Shown piece after piece: positions 10,196 to 18,859 of a DNA stretch of 28,069 nt. The stretch comes from a virus (taxonomy: Duplodnaviria; Heunggongvirae; Uroviricota; Caudoviricetes). Under the pieces are notes generated by a model. The model saw only the letters and a program-made list of their open reading frames with translations, did not search any database and was not told the DNA's origin. The translations under genes were made by a program, and so were the position numbers. Location: IMG/VR virus record IMGVR_UViG_2874920711_000005. One strand, written 5' to 3'. Each line of letters begins with the position of its first letter. Within the stretch, counting starts at the first letter, position 1.

Positions 10196-10805
10196 TGAAT
10201 CACCTTTACCAATATTGTATGAAAAAACACGCACGTCTAATTGACAATAATTTTCATTTCCATTAAAAAAGATCGCGTAGCATTCTTAATTCATGAGGAA
10301 CTTTACCCGCCAGCAATCTGAGTAGCGAAAGCTGTTCATCCCCAATGTTTTTGCTGGCGGGTCCTTTTTTCTACGGTCCTCCTCCCGGAGGGGCATTTCA
10401 TTATTTTTCTAATCATTACTGGTGAGAAGGCGGAAGAAAAAGCCAGTTCTTCGCCCCTAAATAACAGCATGATTCCAGTCCATGCAAAATCTGATTTCCA
10501 GCTCACACATACCGAGCACTGTACAAAAAACCGCCAGCCAAGGCAGTTAAGAGTGTGTTCCCGGGTTTGCTTAGAATATTTTGTAAGTTGTCCGAAGAGA
10601 TATTTACAACACCAGAATGATGCATTATCAGTCCCCTGCCAGAGGTTCACTACGTAACCTGACCGACAATGCACCATTCTGGTGCTGAAAAAAGAGCACT
10701 GGAACTGCAACAAAACAACATCACAGAACAGGAGATGGTAAGGAGTCAGACATTCCCACACAATATTGTGTCAGTGCAAATAACAACCTTCGTCTCAAAT
10801 CTCGC

Positions 10806-10880
<75 letters not shown>

Positions 10881-10883
10881 ATA

Positions 10884-10959
<76 letters not shown>

Positions 10960-10961
10960 GC

Positions 10962-11038
10962 TGGCCCACCACCGAGGACTCGAACCTCGCACCGTCAACT
11001 TAGAAGGTTGATGCTCTATCCGGATGAGCTAGTGGTGG
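10962..11038 (-). tRNA. tRNA-Arg (anticodon UCU, reads rare AGA)
   Basis: Acceptor CCACCAC/GTGGTGG, anticodon stem TCAAC/GTTGA with loop CTTCTAA, T-stem CGAGG/CCTCG, CCA end. Confidence 0.75.
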
Positions 11039-11039
11039 T

Positions 11040-11116
11040 TGGTGGCCCTTGCTGGACTTGAACCAGCGACCTGGCGATTATGAGTCGCTCGCTCTGACCA
11101 ACTGAGCTAAAGGGCC
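11040..11116 (-). tRNA. tRNA with CAU anticodon, most similar to tRNA-Ile2 (ileX-like, lysidine, reads AUA); elongator Met not excluded
   Basis: GGCCCTTTAGCTCAG...GCGACTCATAATCGC...GGTTCAAGTCCAGCAAGGGCCACCA; resembles E. coli ileX from memory. Confidence 0.7.
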
Positions 11117-11202
11117 GGAGGCAGAATAATAACCATATGTCATCACATCTGCAAACTCATCTGACCACCAGCACGTTTAACGTCCTGTGCCGTTTTTCAG
11201 GT

Positions 11203-11226
11203 ATAAAAAAACCCGCATAAAGCGGG
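11203..11226 (-). terminator. Rho-independent terminator (tR'-like) downstream of the Q-like gene
   Basis: Hairpin CCCGC-ataaa-GCGGG followed on the minus strand by a U7 run. Confidence 0.55.
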
Positions 11227-11466
11227 CTCTTTCAAATGTCCATGTCTGCTATTCGCCTCGCGGTACAGCTTTGCGAAGCGTACAAGAATTGAAGCAGTTT
11301 TTACGTCAAAAAGCAATAACTTTTTTCTCTATACCAAAAGCCATAACCATTGGTTTGTACAAAATAAATTCTGCCACCTTTAGCCAATGCTCAATGCGTC
11401 TTTCACAGGTTCTTAAACTCCATTTCGGGTGTGCATCATTCAGCAGTTCAGCCATTTTGCGTTTGG

Positions 11467-11859
11467 TCATCCCCCGCCCTCATACCGTTGCCGAAGGACG
11501 CTAATCAATCCTGGATGCTCTGCCAGCACCTCACTTATGACCCGATCAATACATAACGCCTCTGCATCAGTACAATGCGCCAGCCAGCTCTTTTGCTTAC
11601 CGTTAATCATATCCCGCAAAAAAGCCTCAAGTTCAGACTTGTTCAGACCTGCTTTTTTCATCCTCCGGAGCGCCTCGTTAATTGCCGTTTTTGTCAGCTT
11701 TTTAGAGGTCAACATCAGGTTAAACATATTCCCCGTCTTACCGCCACCAATATACGACCAGCGCCCCCACATACGTAGTTTTCCCTGAATCCAGACACTT
11801 TCCAGCGTGGTGAGACGAAGGTGTTCTCCGCTTTTTCCTGTATTCGTTGGGTAAATCAT
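11467..11859 (-). CDS. Putative late-gene antitermination protein Q (130 aa; start at the ATG with GAAAGGAGGG SD; track ORF extends to 11979)
   Basis: Position immediately upstream of tR'-like terminator, tRNAs and lysis cassette; sequence resembles small Q-family antiterminators from memory; ATGA overlap with the upstream gene. Confidence 0.5.
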   Translation of the reverse strand: MIYPTNTGKSGEHLRLTTLESVWIQGKLRMWGRWSYIGGGKTGNMFNLMLTSKKLTKTAINEALRRMKKAGLNKSELEAFLRDMINGKQKSWLAHCTDAEALCIDRVISEVLAEHPGLISVLRQRYEGGG

Positions 11860-12146
11860 AAATATCCCTCCTTTCTCCAGATTTCTTGTGTGCGAAAAAC
11901 ACCTTCTGCATGCATCAGGCGTAATTCTTCTTTGGTGTAATCGCTGGTTTTTACCCGCCCGTCGATTAAATCGTGGCACGAGCTACAGGCAATCGCTGCC
12001 TGCATATCGTGTGGCTTTATCGCTGTTCCGCACGTTCCCGCCAGTCGGTAATGCGCCAGCACAGACGTTTCCGGATCGTGATTGCAGTAGCCAGGAATTC
12101 TGACGGTGCACATCTGCCCCCGCGCCGCTTTAAGTAAATCCACCAT
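11856..12146 (-). CDS. YbcO-like nin-region protein (DUF1364-type, Cys-rich, putative nuclease)
   Basis: MVDLLKAARGQMCTVRIPGYCNHDPETSVLAHYRLAGTCGTAIKPHDMQAAIACSSCHDLIDGR... resembles DLP12 YbcO. Confidence 0.6.
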   Translation of the reverse strand: MVDLLKAARGQMCTVRIPGYCNHDPETSVLAHYRLAGTCGTAIKPHDMQAAIACSSCHDLIDGRVKTSDYTKEELRLMHAEGVFRTQEIWRKEGYL

Positions 12147-12745
12147 TACGCAAACTCCAGCAGCTGCGCGGCCACATTTTCGACTTGTTCCGGAGAGGAA
12201 AATTTACGGAACAGAATCCAGTTCCACAGCACATTCAGTACAGATTTATAAACCTGCTGAAACTCGGTTTCGTCCATATTCGCAAACGCGATAGATTTCG
12301 CCCGACACCCACGGCTACCGTCCGGATAAAAATGCTCGGTGTAAAATCCGGCCTGAATGGCTACCCACTCGCGGAAAGCCTCAAACGACTTTAGCAATGC
12401 CGTATCACGGGTTCTGCGTGTCGCAACTGTATTCAGATATTGCTCTGCGGCTTCGCTCAGAGCTGGCGTATGTTCCCGGCCTACTAATTCACACAGGTAA
12501 TCAACGAAACCGGACACCAGTTTTCGTTCGCGAGGCGTGATCGCCCCACCGACCGGAGTCCAGTAATCGAAACCCAGTTGCAGGAGTTTGAAAAAACGCT
12601 TGTGGAATGCGTAGTTACGCACACGCTTAAAGTCTGCGTGTATCCACTCACCTATTTTGATTTGATGCAGAAAATCGCAACTCTCCGGCGTCGCCGGGAG
12701 AAGTAATCCGGAAGAGGTTTGTTTGACCAGTTGTATATGTGCCAT
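12146..12745 (-). CDS. Conserved lambdoid nin-region protein of unknown function (DUF1367-like); start at ATG 12745 with GGAGAA SD
   Basis: 199-aa ORF MAHIQLVKQTSSGLLLPATPESCDFLHQIKIGEWIHADFKRVRNYAFHKRFFKLLQLGFDYW...; family assignment from memory only. Confidence 0.45.
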   Translation of the reverse strand: MAHIQLVKQTSSGLLLPATPESCDFLHQIKIGEWIHADFKRVRNYAFHKRFFKLLQLGFDYWTPVGGAITPRERKLVSGFVDYLCELVGREHTPALSEAAEQYLNTVATRRTRDTALLKSFEAFREWVAIQAGFYTEHFYPDGSRGCRAKSIAFANMDETEFQQVYKSVLNVLWNWILFRKFSSPEQVENVAAQLLEFA

Positions 12746-12783
12746 CGGCTTTCTCCGGTGGCACGGTGTTACACAGCAGGAGT

Positions 12784-13071
12784 TCAATCCTGCTCAAGAT
12801 TGTAGATGAGTTTATTCTTCAGCAAAAGCAGAAAACCAGCCTTAAAACCAATCTCTTTCAAAACCCGTAATGATGTGACAAATTCGTCCTCACGCAAAAT
12901 AAAACCGTCCGTCAGAAGTCCATTACAAAAATAAAATAACACAGCACCGCTCTTCCTTTGTTGAGATTGCAAACATCTAATGCGGCAATGGCTGACAATC
13001 GCTCCATTCTCAACGCGCACAGCATAGAGGCCATTTTCACTAAAAATTTCACGCAATTCTTCGATTTTCAT
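12784..13071 (-). CDS. Hypothetical small protein (95 aa), AT-rich
   Basis: ORF with GGAAGGA SD upstream of ATG 13071; no recognisable family. Confidence 0.3.
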   Translation of the reverse strand: MKIEELREIFSENGLYAVRVENGAIVSHCRIRCLQSQQRKSGAVLFYFCNGLLTDGFILREDEFVTSLRVLKEIGFKAGFLLLLKNKLIYNLEQD

Positions 13072-13319
13072 CTTCAGAATCCTTCCAGATAAATAGCTCT
13101 CCCCTGTTCGGGTCCATCCCTCTTCTCCCTGCGCGCTACTTAAGTGAGTCGATTCTATCTGCGAAGGTGCGCGAATCAAATTCACCGGAAATAAACAACA
13201 AAAAACCCGCCGAAACGCTGAGAGATCACAGCGATGGGCGGGTTAAGTGCGGGTGCGTTGAGGATGCCTGACACATCAGAGGTGGGCGGGGATGGGATCA
13301 GCTCCCCGCCCGGTCACTC

Positions 13320-13475
13320 TTACTTCCTGGATTCGTAGTCTACGAAGACAGCGACCTCCGTCTGGCCGGTTCGGATTCGTACCTCACAGAGGTCTTTCCT
13401 CGTTACCAGTGCCGTCACTATGACGGTTAAACAGATGACGATCAGGGCGATTAACATCGCCTTTTGCTGCTTCAT
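13320..13475 (-). CDS. hok: Hok-family type I toxin (51 aa); the upstream regulatory region probably carries mok/sok elements (not resolved)
   Basis: MKQQKAMLIALIVICLTVIVTALVTRKDLCEVRIRTGQTEVAVF... is near-identical to HokD/Hok; GC-rich hairpins plus terminator-like structure downstream (13197..13311). Confidence 0.85.
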   Translation of the reverse strand: MKQQKAMLIALIVICLTVIVTALVTRKDLCEVRIRTGQTEVAVFVDYESRK

Positions 13476-13702
13476 AGCCTGCTTCTCCTTGCCTTTCGGC
13501 ATGTAAGAGGCTAACCTACATGTGCAAAGCATGAAATTGGCCTCAGATTAATGTTAAGCGTCTTGCCGGACGCGTAATGTTAACTGGGGCTTTTCTCTAT
13601 CTGCCTTTTGGTGTTCATGCCTGAAGCAGATAGCCTCAAGCACCCGCAGTCATTCTACTTACCTCGCCAATATGAAATCAATCAGAAAGGTGCCCCATAA
13701 AA

Positions 13703-14389
13703 TCACTCCTTCTCTTCTTTACCGTAGTGGAGTTGACCAATTTTGATAAGAGGGCGTCCCTGAGATTTGCGGTGTAGATTGGTATCGCGCAGAGAATACA
13801 CACAGCCACAATATTCCTGCTGATAGAATTTTTCGCGCTTGCTGATTTCAATCATACGGGACGAGCCGCCCTGCTTGCGCCAGTTATAATCCCAGTACAC
13901 CATGCCCGGATAATGCGCGACGGCTCGCCGCCCACAGTCGTTAACCTGCTGCATATTTTTCCAGCGTGAAATGCCCAGTGAACTGCTGATCACACTGAAA
14001 CCATTTTCAGCGGCGTACAGCGCTGTCCGCTCAAAACGCATGTCAAAACACATGGTGCAACGGATCCCTCGTTCGGGCTCCCATTCCATTCCTTTGGCTC
14101 GTTCAAACCAGTTGTCTGTGTCGTAATCAGCATCAATAAACGGCACGCCGTGTTGTTCAGCAAAGCGAATATTCTCATCCTTACGAATTAAATACTCTTT
14201 CTGAGGATGAATGTTCGGGTTGTAGAAAAAGATGGTGTAGTCGATTCCCGAGGCCTGAAGCGCCTCCATCACCTCACCGGAACATGGAGCACAGCAAGAG
14301 TGCAGTAGTAGTTTGTTTGCCCCGTTTGGGAGCTCCAATTTGGGCCGTTTGAAATCAGCAACTGTCATAAATATGTTTATTGGGGTCAT
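13703..14389 (-). CDS. queH: QueH-like epoxyqueuosine reductase (DUF208 family)
   Basis: Conserved Cys motifs [29 protein letters not shown] and overall resemblance to Thermotoga-type QueH. Confidence 0.75.
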   Translation of the reverse strand: MTPINIFMTVADFKRPKLELPNGANKLLLHSCCAPCSGEVMEALQASGIDYTIFFYNPNIHPQKEYLIRKDENIRFAEQHGVPFIDADYDTDNWFERAKGMEWEPERGIRCTMCFDMRFERTALYAAENGFSVISSSLGISRWKNMQQVNDCGRRAVAHYPGMVYWDYNWRKQGGSSRMIEISKREKFYQQEYCGCVYSLRDTNLHRKSQGRPLIKIGQLHYGKEEKE

Positions 14390-14536
14390 AAAAATATCAA
14401 AGAGTGTAGCATTAGAACGGGGCTATCGGAAACAGATGTGTGACTGCTCCCCGCCCTTTCGGGCGGTCTCCTGATGATTTGAGGGTGCAGAAATCCCTCC
14501 GGTTAAGGATTAAATTTTTAACAGTGCTAAATTTAA

Positions 14537-14893
14537 TTATTCAGTTCTGGATTTTGTCGCCCTGCGTATCCGCGCTTTCGCGTTACGCTCAATCTGTATC
14601 AGCTTTTCTATATTTCTCCGCCTTTCCTGTTCCTCCTGGCGCAATAGCCTTACATCATCTGCCAGTCTGGTTTCTCTTTTTGCCACAGAGAGCATCCAGT
14701 CAAACGGCTCCACAACCGCACCGCAGATTTTACAGCGGACCTGACGCTCTTTTTCGTCAACCCGTACAGAGGCGTGATGGCAATATGGTCTTTCCGATGG
14801 CTCATAAAGAAAATTAACCTGATTACGAGGGCCATCCTCTTTTATCGGAAATAAAACGATATTGCTTAACTCATCTTCTGGGTTTATTTCCAT
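14537..14893 (-). CDS. Hypothetical protein with zinc-ribbon-like CHH...CKIC motif and Arg/Glu-rich C-terminal helix (118 aa from ATG 14893; track ORF starts 14950)
   Basis: Strong SD GGAGAGGAG before ATG 14893; no recognisable family. Confidence 0.4.
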   Translation of the reverse strand: MEINPEDELSNIVLFPIKEDGPRNQVNFLYEPSERPYCHHASVRVDEKERQVRCKICGAVVEPFDWMLSVAKRETRLADDVRLLRQEEQERRRNIEKLIQIERNAKARIRRATKSRTE

Positions 14894-14950
14894 GCTCCTC
14901 TCCTTTGATGCGAATGCCAGCGGTAATTGAAGCCTGATAGCTAATTTCAT

Positions 14951-15373
14951 TCACAGTATCGCCTCCTGAAAATTACCCTGATAGAAAGCCAGTACACGCT
15001 GCATAGCTTCGCTCTTCCGGCACTCGCGACAGATTATATTCAGGCGCCTGTCGTAGCGACGTATTTCTCCGTCAGGTAATGACCAGATAAGGTCCGGATC
15101 AACCACAGATGGTTTCCTCACCTTTACTCTCGAGAGTTTTTTGCGGGCGCTTTGCCAGTCCTTGCGAGCCTGTTCAGACGGGAATAAGCCGTAGCCAGAA
15201 TTATATACATCACCACTTGCGACCAGTTCTATGCATAAGCGACCGACAGACGCACGACTGATACCTGTTTCATCGGACAACTGCCGAATCGTGACCCGAC
15301 CGTCCTGATGCACGAGTTCCACAATTCGCGTCTTCAGTTCTTCCCGCTGTTCGGGAGTAAAAGGTTTCGCCAT
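14951..15373 (-). CDS. Hypothetical phage protein with N-terminal winged-HTH-like region (140 aa)
   Basis: AGGAGG SD; N-terminal ...RVTIRQLSDETGISRASVGRLCIELVASGDV... looks like an HTH. Confidence 0.45.
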   Translation of the reverse strand: MAKPFTPEQREELKTRIVELVHQDGRVTIRQLSDETGISRASVGRLCIELVASGDVYNSGYGLFPSEQARKDWQSARKKLSRVKVRKPSVVDPDLIWSLPDGEIRRYDRRLNIICRECRKSEAMQRVLAFYQGNFQEAIL

Positions 15374-15387
15374 AAATCCTCCTGAAA

Positions 15388-16134
15388 CTACTTAACAACC
15401 CTCGAATGGCTAACATTCGGACGCCAGCTCTCCCAGTTAAAATTCACCCAGCGCCCGCCGTTCATGACCATGCGATCCATCACCCGCTCGCCGAGCAATG
15501 TTTTCATCACCTCATAGTTCAGGTTTGTCAGCATCCCCACGCTGCGCATCGACGCTGTCCGGCGATCAACAATCTGGTGCAGCACCACCTGCTCGTTTTT
15601 CGTCTCGCGCTGAATGCCAATTTCATCAAGAACCAGCAGATCCACTTCGCACAGCTCCCGCAAAAATTTTTCGCCTGACTGCCCGTCGTCATAGCTGGCG
15701 TGCAGGGCGCTCATAACATCAGCCACGGTAACCACAATCACTGTCTGACCGTCTTTCAGCAGGCGATTCCCGATAGCTGCCGCTAAGTGATTCTTCCCGG
15801 TACCAGGTTTTCCGCTGAACGCAAAATTTGTACACCCGGTCATCAGTTCATCGGCGATGGATTTCGCCTGGCTTAACGCGTATCGCTGGCCGTCGTTCTG
15901 CACCTGGTAATTCGCAAACGAGCATTTACGGTGCAACGGCTGGATGCCTGAGCGATTCAGAATTTTTTCCACCCGCAACTGGCGATTCAGGCGGTTGATC
16001 TCCTCGCTACGTTTCTGGCCTTCAGCAAGTTGCCACTCGCGCCACTCCGCTACCGTTCTGAATGGGGCGGTTACATGTGGCGGGGTCAGTCGGCGGATGC
16101 GTTCCAGAACGCCGCCTGTCGCAATATTTTTCAT
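15388..16134 (-). CDS. DnaC-like helicase loader (IstB-type AAA+ ATPase; Rac YdaV-like)
   Basis: Walker A FSGKPGTGKNHLAAAIG, Walker B DLLVLDEIG; follows the replication initiator with a 4-bp overlap. Confidence 0.85.
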   Translation of the reverse strand: MKNIATGGVLERIRRLTPPHVTAPFRTVAEWREWQLAEGQKRSEEINRLNRQLRVEKILNRSGIQPLHRKCSFANYQVQNDGQRYALSQAKSIADELMTGCTNFAFSGKPGTGKNHLAAAIGNRLLKDGQTVIVVTVADVMSALHASYDDGQSGEKFLRELCEVDLLVLDEIGIQRETKNEQVVLHQIVDRRTASMRSVGMLTNLNYEVMKTLLGERVMDRMVMNGGRWVNFNWESWRPNVSHSRVVK

Positions 16135-16916
16135 GGTCCGTTACCCCTGAAGCCTGGCGGGATCGCACTGTCCGGCAACGAGACGGTGTTAACCTGTCGG
16201 AGCAACGTCTCAGGCCGAACACCTTTCGGCGCGAACAGGCCCTGGTATTCATTGGCGATGCTGTGTCGAATCACCTGCTCAGGTGTAAAACCCTGCTGAC
16301 GGAATTTTTCCAGTTCCCGTATCGCCCCGTTAGCGCCCTGCTCCGTTCGAATCGGTTTTCGCAATGCCTGTCTGAACCGGACCCACTCATGCCAGAGTGT
16401 TTCCGGCAACCAATCGGGCAGCTCAATAGCCTCCGGCTCGAATTTTTTAGACGCTCGTTTTTGGCGAGGGGGATTTAGGGGGAGATCAGTATTTAGATCT
16501 TCCTCTGGTAACGCTTTTTGATCCGTTTGTGTAACGCTGGCAGCGTTACCTTTTCGTTTCAGTTCGCGTATTTTTGTTACTCGCTCGTTTGTAACCGCCC
16601 GTTTTTTAGAGCTTTTTCCGTTATGACGTTCAAAGTTAGGTAGAGAAAGCCCACCGTCATTTTCGACCAGCCATCCAACCTGAATTAACGCATCAGCAAA
16701 ACCAGACATAAAAGTGATGCGATCTATTGCACTTTTTGTAACGCCGCGAGCGTTACAATCTGCATTACCGTCTATCATTTGTTGATCCGCCCATGCCCAG
16801 AAGCGAATAACCTTCCCTAATGCGGCATCTGGATCAATATTCAGAATCTCAGCAAGCCTGAATATTTCCGGCTTATCCGGCGTAATAACCTCGAGCTTTA
16901 TCCAGTTTGAAGCCAT
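16131..16916 (-). CDS. Replication initiation/replisome organiser protein (Rac YdaU-like)
   Basis: 261-aa ORF upstream of the DnaC-like gene; contains palindromic iteron-like repeats; AAGGTGA SD. Confidence 0.6.
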   Translation of the reverse strand: MASNWIKLEVITPDKPEIFRLAEILNIDPDAALGKVIRFWAWADQQMIDGNADCNARGVTKSAIDRITFMSGFADALIQVGWLVENDGGLSLPNFERHNGKSSKKRAVTNERVTKIRELKRKGNAASVTQTDQKALPEEDLNTDLPLNPPRQKRASKKFEPEAIELPDWLPETLWHEWVRFRQALRKPIRTEQGANGAIRELEKFRQQGFTPEQVIRHSIANEYQGLFAPKGVRPETLLRQVNTVSLPDSAIPPGFRGNGP

Positions 16917-16949
16917 TTGTTTTCACCTTGTAACGCTCGCAGCGTTACA
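16531..16949. repeat. Three copies of palindrome TGTAACGC-N(1-5)-GCGTTACA (16531..16549, 16737..16757, 16929..16949) plus half-sites: candidate origin iterons/operator
   Basis: 7-mer GTAACGC or its complement occurs at least 7 times within 450 bp; one copy sits 12 nt upstream of the initiator start codon. Confidence 0.55.
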
Positions 16950-16993
16950 TTTAACTGATACCGAACAAAACAATCCGGCACGATTAATTTCAA

Positions 16994-17416
16994 TCAATGC
17001 ACTACGACAGAATCGCCGGGCGACCCACCACCGCTGAAATGTGCTTTCCGGTAAACGGCCTGGACAGCATCATCATGCGCATCAATTGCCGTACTCAACG
17101 CTTCCTGCGCCGCCAGTAATGCACGGCGTTCCAGGGTATCGAAGATACAGAGTCGGTGACGCAGCTCACGCGGAAGAATTGCCAGAACCGCAGGGATCAG
17201 TTTCTGAATTTTTTCCCTTTGCGCTTTCGTTTCACCTTTCAACCAACGGTGATAGATATTCTGCTGATTGTTCCAGTCCTTGCCTGGTACCAGAGACAAT
17301 TCGCCGCCCCCCTGCCGCAGATATTCTTCAGTAATTGCGTTAGCGACCCACGCCTGCCCTTTTTCGGCTGCCAGGGCTAACAGCACTGATTCGATGTGCT
17401 CATGCCTGATTTTCAT
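16994..17416 (-). CDS. YdaT-like protein (Rac immunity region homolog)
   Basis: MKIRHEHIESVLLALAAEKGQAWVANAITEEYLRQGGGELSLVPGKDWNNQQNIYHRWLKG... resembles Rac YdaT from memory. Confidence 0.6.
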   Translation of the reverse strand: MKIRHEHIESVLLALAAEKGQAWVANAITEEYLRQGGGELSLVPGKDWNNQQNIYHRWLKGETKAQREKIQKLIPAVLAILPRELRHRLCIFDTLERRALLAAQEALSTAIDAHDDAVQAVYRKAHFSGGGSPGDSVVVH

Positions 17417-17627
17417 GAATCACCTTCCCAGGTCGTTTTGCCTTACGATATTCGTCATAAACTTTGGGGTCGTACTGAAGTTCCCCGCCAGATGCCTCTT
17501 GCAGGCGCATCGCGCGACCTTCAGGAACCAGTTCCCCCCATGCAGCAATGCTTGCCAGCCTAACTCCTGCGGCATTGGCAAGCTTTGTTTTGCTGCCAAA
17601 AAACGCTATAGCATCAATTTTCAACAT
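17400..17627 (-). CDS. Cro-like HTH regulator (Rac YdaS-like)
   Basis: 75-aa ORF divergent from the repressor; strong SD TAAGGAG; HTH ...AIAFFGSKTKLANAAGVRLASIAAW... Confidence 0.65.
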   Translation of the reverse strand: MLKIDAIAFFGSKTKLANAAGVRLASIAAWGELVPEGRAMRLQEASGGELQYDPKVYDEYRKAKRPGKVIHENQA

Positions 17628-17703
17628 ATCGAGCTCCTTAGATTTTCCTAAGGAAACCAGATCGTAGAGAAACCTAAGTCAAGAAAAATTAGAATTCCCT
17701 AAT
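17628..17703. promoter_or_regulatory. Divergent promoter/operator region between Cro-like and repressor genes with ACCTAAG-type sites (palindrome TTCCTAAGGAA at 17645..17655; ACCTAAGT at 17672..17679)
   Basis: Perfect 11-bp palindrome and related half-site in the 76-bp intergenic region; the same motif recurs at 18186 and 18221. Confidence 0.5.
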
Positions 17704-18111
17704 ATGAAAAACGAAACCTTCGGTGCTCGCCTCTTACATAGGCGTAAAAAATTAAAACTGTCTCAGGCCGCATTAGGTAAGCTGGTCAAAGTGGCTCACG
17801 TAACAATTTCTCAATGGGAAAGAGATGAAACACAGCCGGCGGGGAAAAGATTATTCGCACTGAGCCAAGCGCTTCAGTGCTCACCGACTTGGCTTCTTTT
17901 TGGGGATGAAGATAAACAACCAGGCGAACCGATCCCGGATAATCAGCCAGCCATTCTGACAGAAGATCAAAAAGAGTTACTTCAACTGTTCGACGCACTG
18001 CCTGAGTCAGAGCAAAAGGCCCTGTTGTCAGAGATGCGTGCTCGAGTTGAAAATTTCAACAAACTTTTTGAAGAACTACTCAAAGCTCGCAAAAGAAGCG
18101 CAAACAAATAA
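17704..18111 (+). CDS. Prophage repressor, XRE-family HTH (RacR-like)
   Basis: ...KLKLSQAALGKLVKVAHVTISQWERDETQPAGKRLFALSQALQCSPTWLLFGDEDKQP... resembles RacR. Confidence 0.8.
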   Translation: MKNETFGARLLHRRKKLKLSQAALGKLVKVAHVTISQWERDETQPAGKRLFALSQALQCSPTWLLFGDEDKQPGEPIPDNQPAILTEDQKELLQLFDALPESEQKALLSEMRARVENFNKLFEELLKARKRSANK

Positions 18112-18179
18112 TCCCCTTTTTTCTCCACACCCTGTAATAAAAAGCACAAACTTTCAAACACTTGTGTTTTTTACATCAA

Positions 18180-18240
18180 AAAACTTAGGTTTTTCTACAT
18201 AAAAATCTTGACCACCCACCTTAGGTTATTCTAAATTTCA
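18180..18240 (+). promoter_or_regulatory. Putative early-left (pL-like) promoter with two CTTAGGT operator-like sites flanking a TTGACC -35
   Basis: aaaCTTAGGTttttctacataaaaatcTTGACCacccacCTTAGGTtattctaaat downstream of the repressor gene. Confidence 0.4.
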
Positions 18241-18313
18241 TTCATCAAGACACCGCACGGTGTTCTCAGCAAACAGTTCCGCTACCCCGGCGTTAAGGGG
18301 AAATGGGGTCAAC

Positions 18314-18469
18314 ATGAATACTATCGATCTTGGCAACAACGAATCTCTGGTGTACGGCGTGTTCCCCAACCAGAACGGCACATTCACCGCCATGACGTAT
18401 ACCAAAAGCAAAACGTTTAAAACCGAAGCTGGCGCACGTCGTTGGTTGGGAAGACATTCAGGTGAGTAA
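18314..18469 (+). CDS. Small protein, YdaF-like (51 aa)
   Basis: MNTIDLGNNESLVYGVFPNQNGTFTAMTYTKSKTFKTEAGARRWLGRHSGE. Confidence 0.5.
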   Translation: MNTIDLGNNESLVYGVFPNQNGTFTAMTYTKSKTFKTEAGARRWLGRHSGE

Positions 18470-18470
18470 A

Positions 18471-18674
18471 ATGAACGAGACAGAATTAAAACACGTTATC
18501 GCTCTACTCCCAGAAGATGCAAAACGCCTCCAGCAACTGGAGCCAAATGCAGGCACTGGGGCACGCATCTGGCTGGCTAAAGAAGCGCTGGAATCTGGCG
18601 ATTATGATAGCGAAGAAGCCTTCTACAAAGCAGAAGGCCGTGCAGGATATTCACCGGGTCTTGGCGGGGTATAA
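18471..18674 (+). CDS. Small hypothetical protein (67 aa), translationally coupled to the upstream gene
   Basis: AGGTGAG SD overlapping the upstream stop; MNETELKHVIALLPEDAKRLQQLEPNAGTGARIWLAKEALESGDYDSEEAF... Confidence 0.45.
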   Translation: MNETELKHVIALLPEDAKRLQQLEPNAGTGARIWLAKEALESGDYDSEEAFYKAEGRAGYSPGLGGV

Positions 18675-18859
18675 ATACCATGCGCATTGACTGAATTCGC
18701 AAACAAAAACAGACGCGCGATACCCGGATAGTCGGTCTGCATAGTCAGATATCTGGCTGCGAATTTGATAAATATCACCGCCCTTTTCGGAAACATAAGT
18801 TCCGTCCGGGAGTTGATTATACGAACCATCTCCATGGGGGATCGTTCTCCTGAATCCTA

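Noticed and set aside
10336-10761. 141-aa minus-strand ORF between the tRNAs and the holin
   Set aside because: Cys/Trp-rich junk-like composition, no SD, lies in a hairpin-rich spacer; treated as non-coding
13476-13532. In-frame upstream extension of hok as a separate mok gene
   Set aside because: An in-frame ATG at 13532 exists but I cannot confirm mok/sok organisation by eye; only the hok core is annotated
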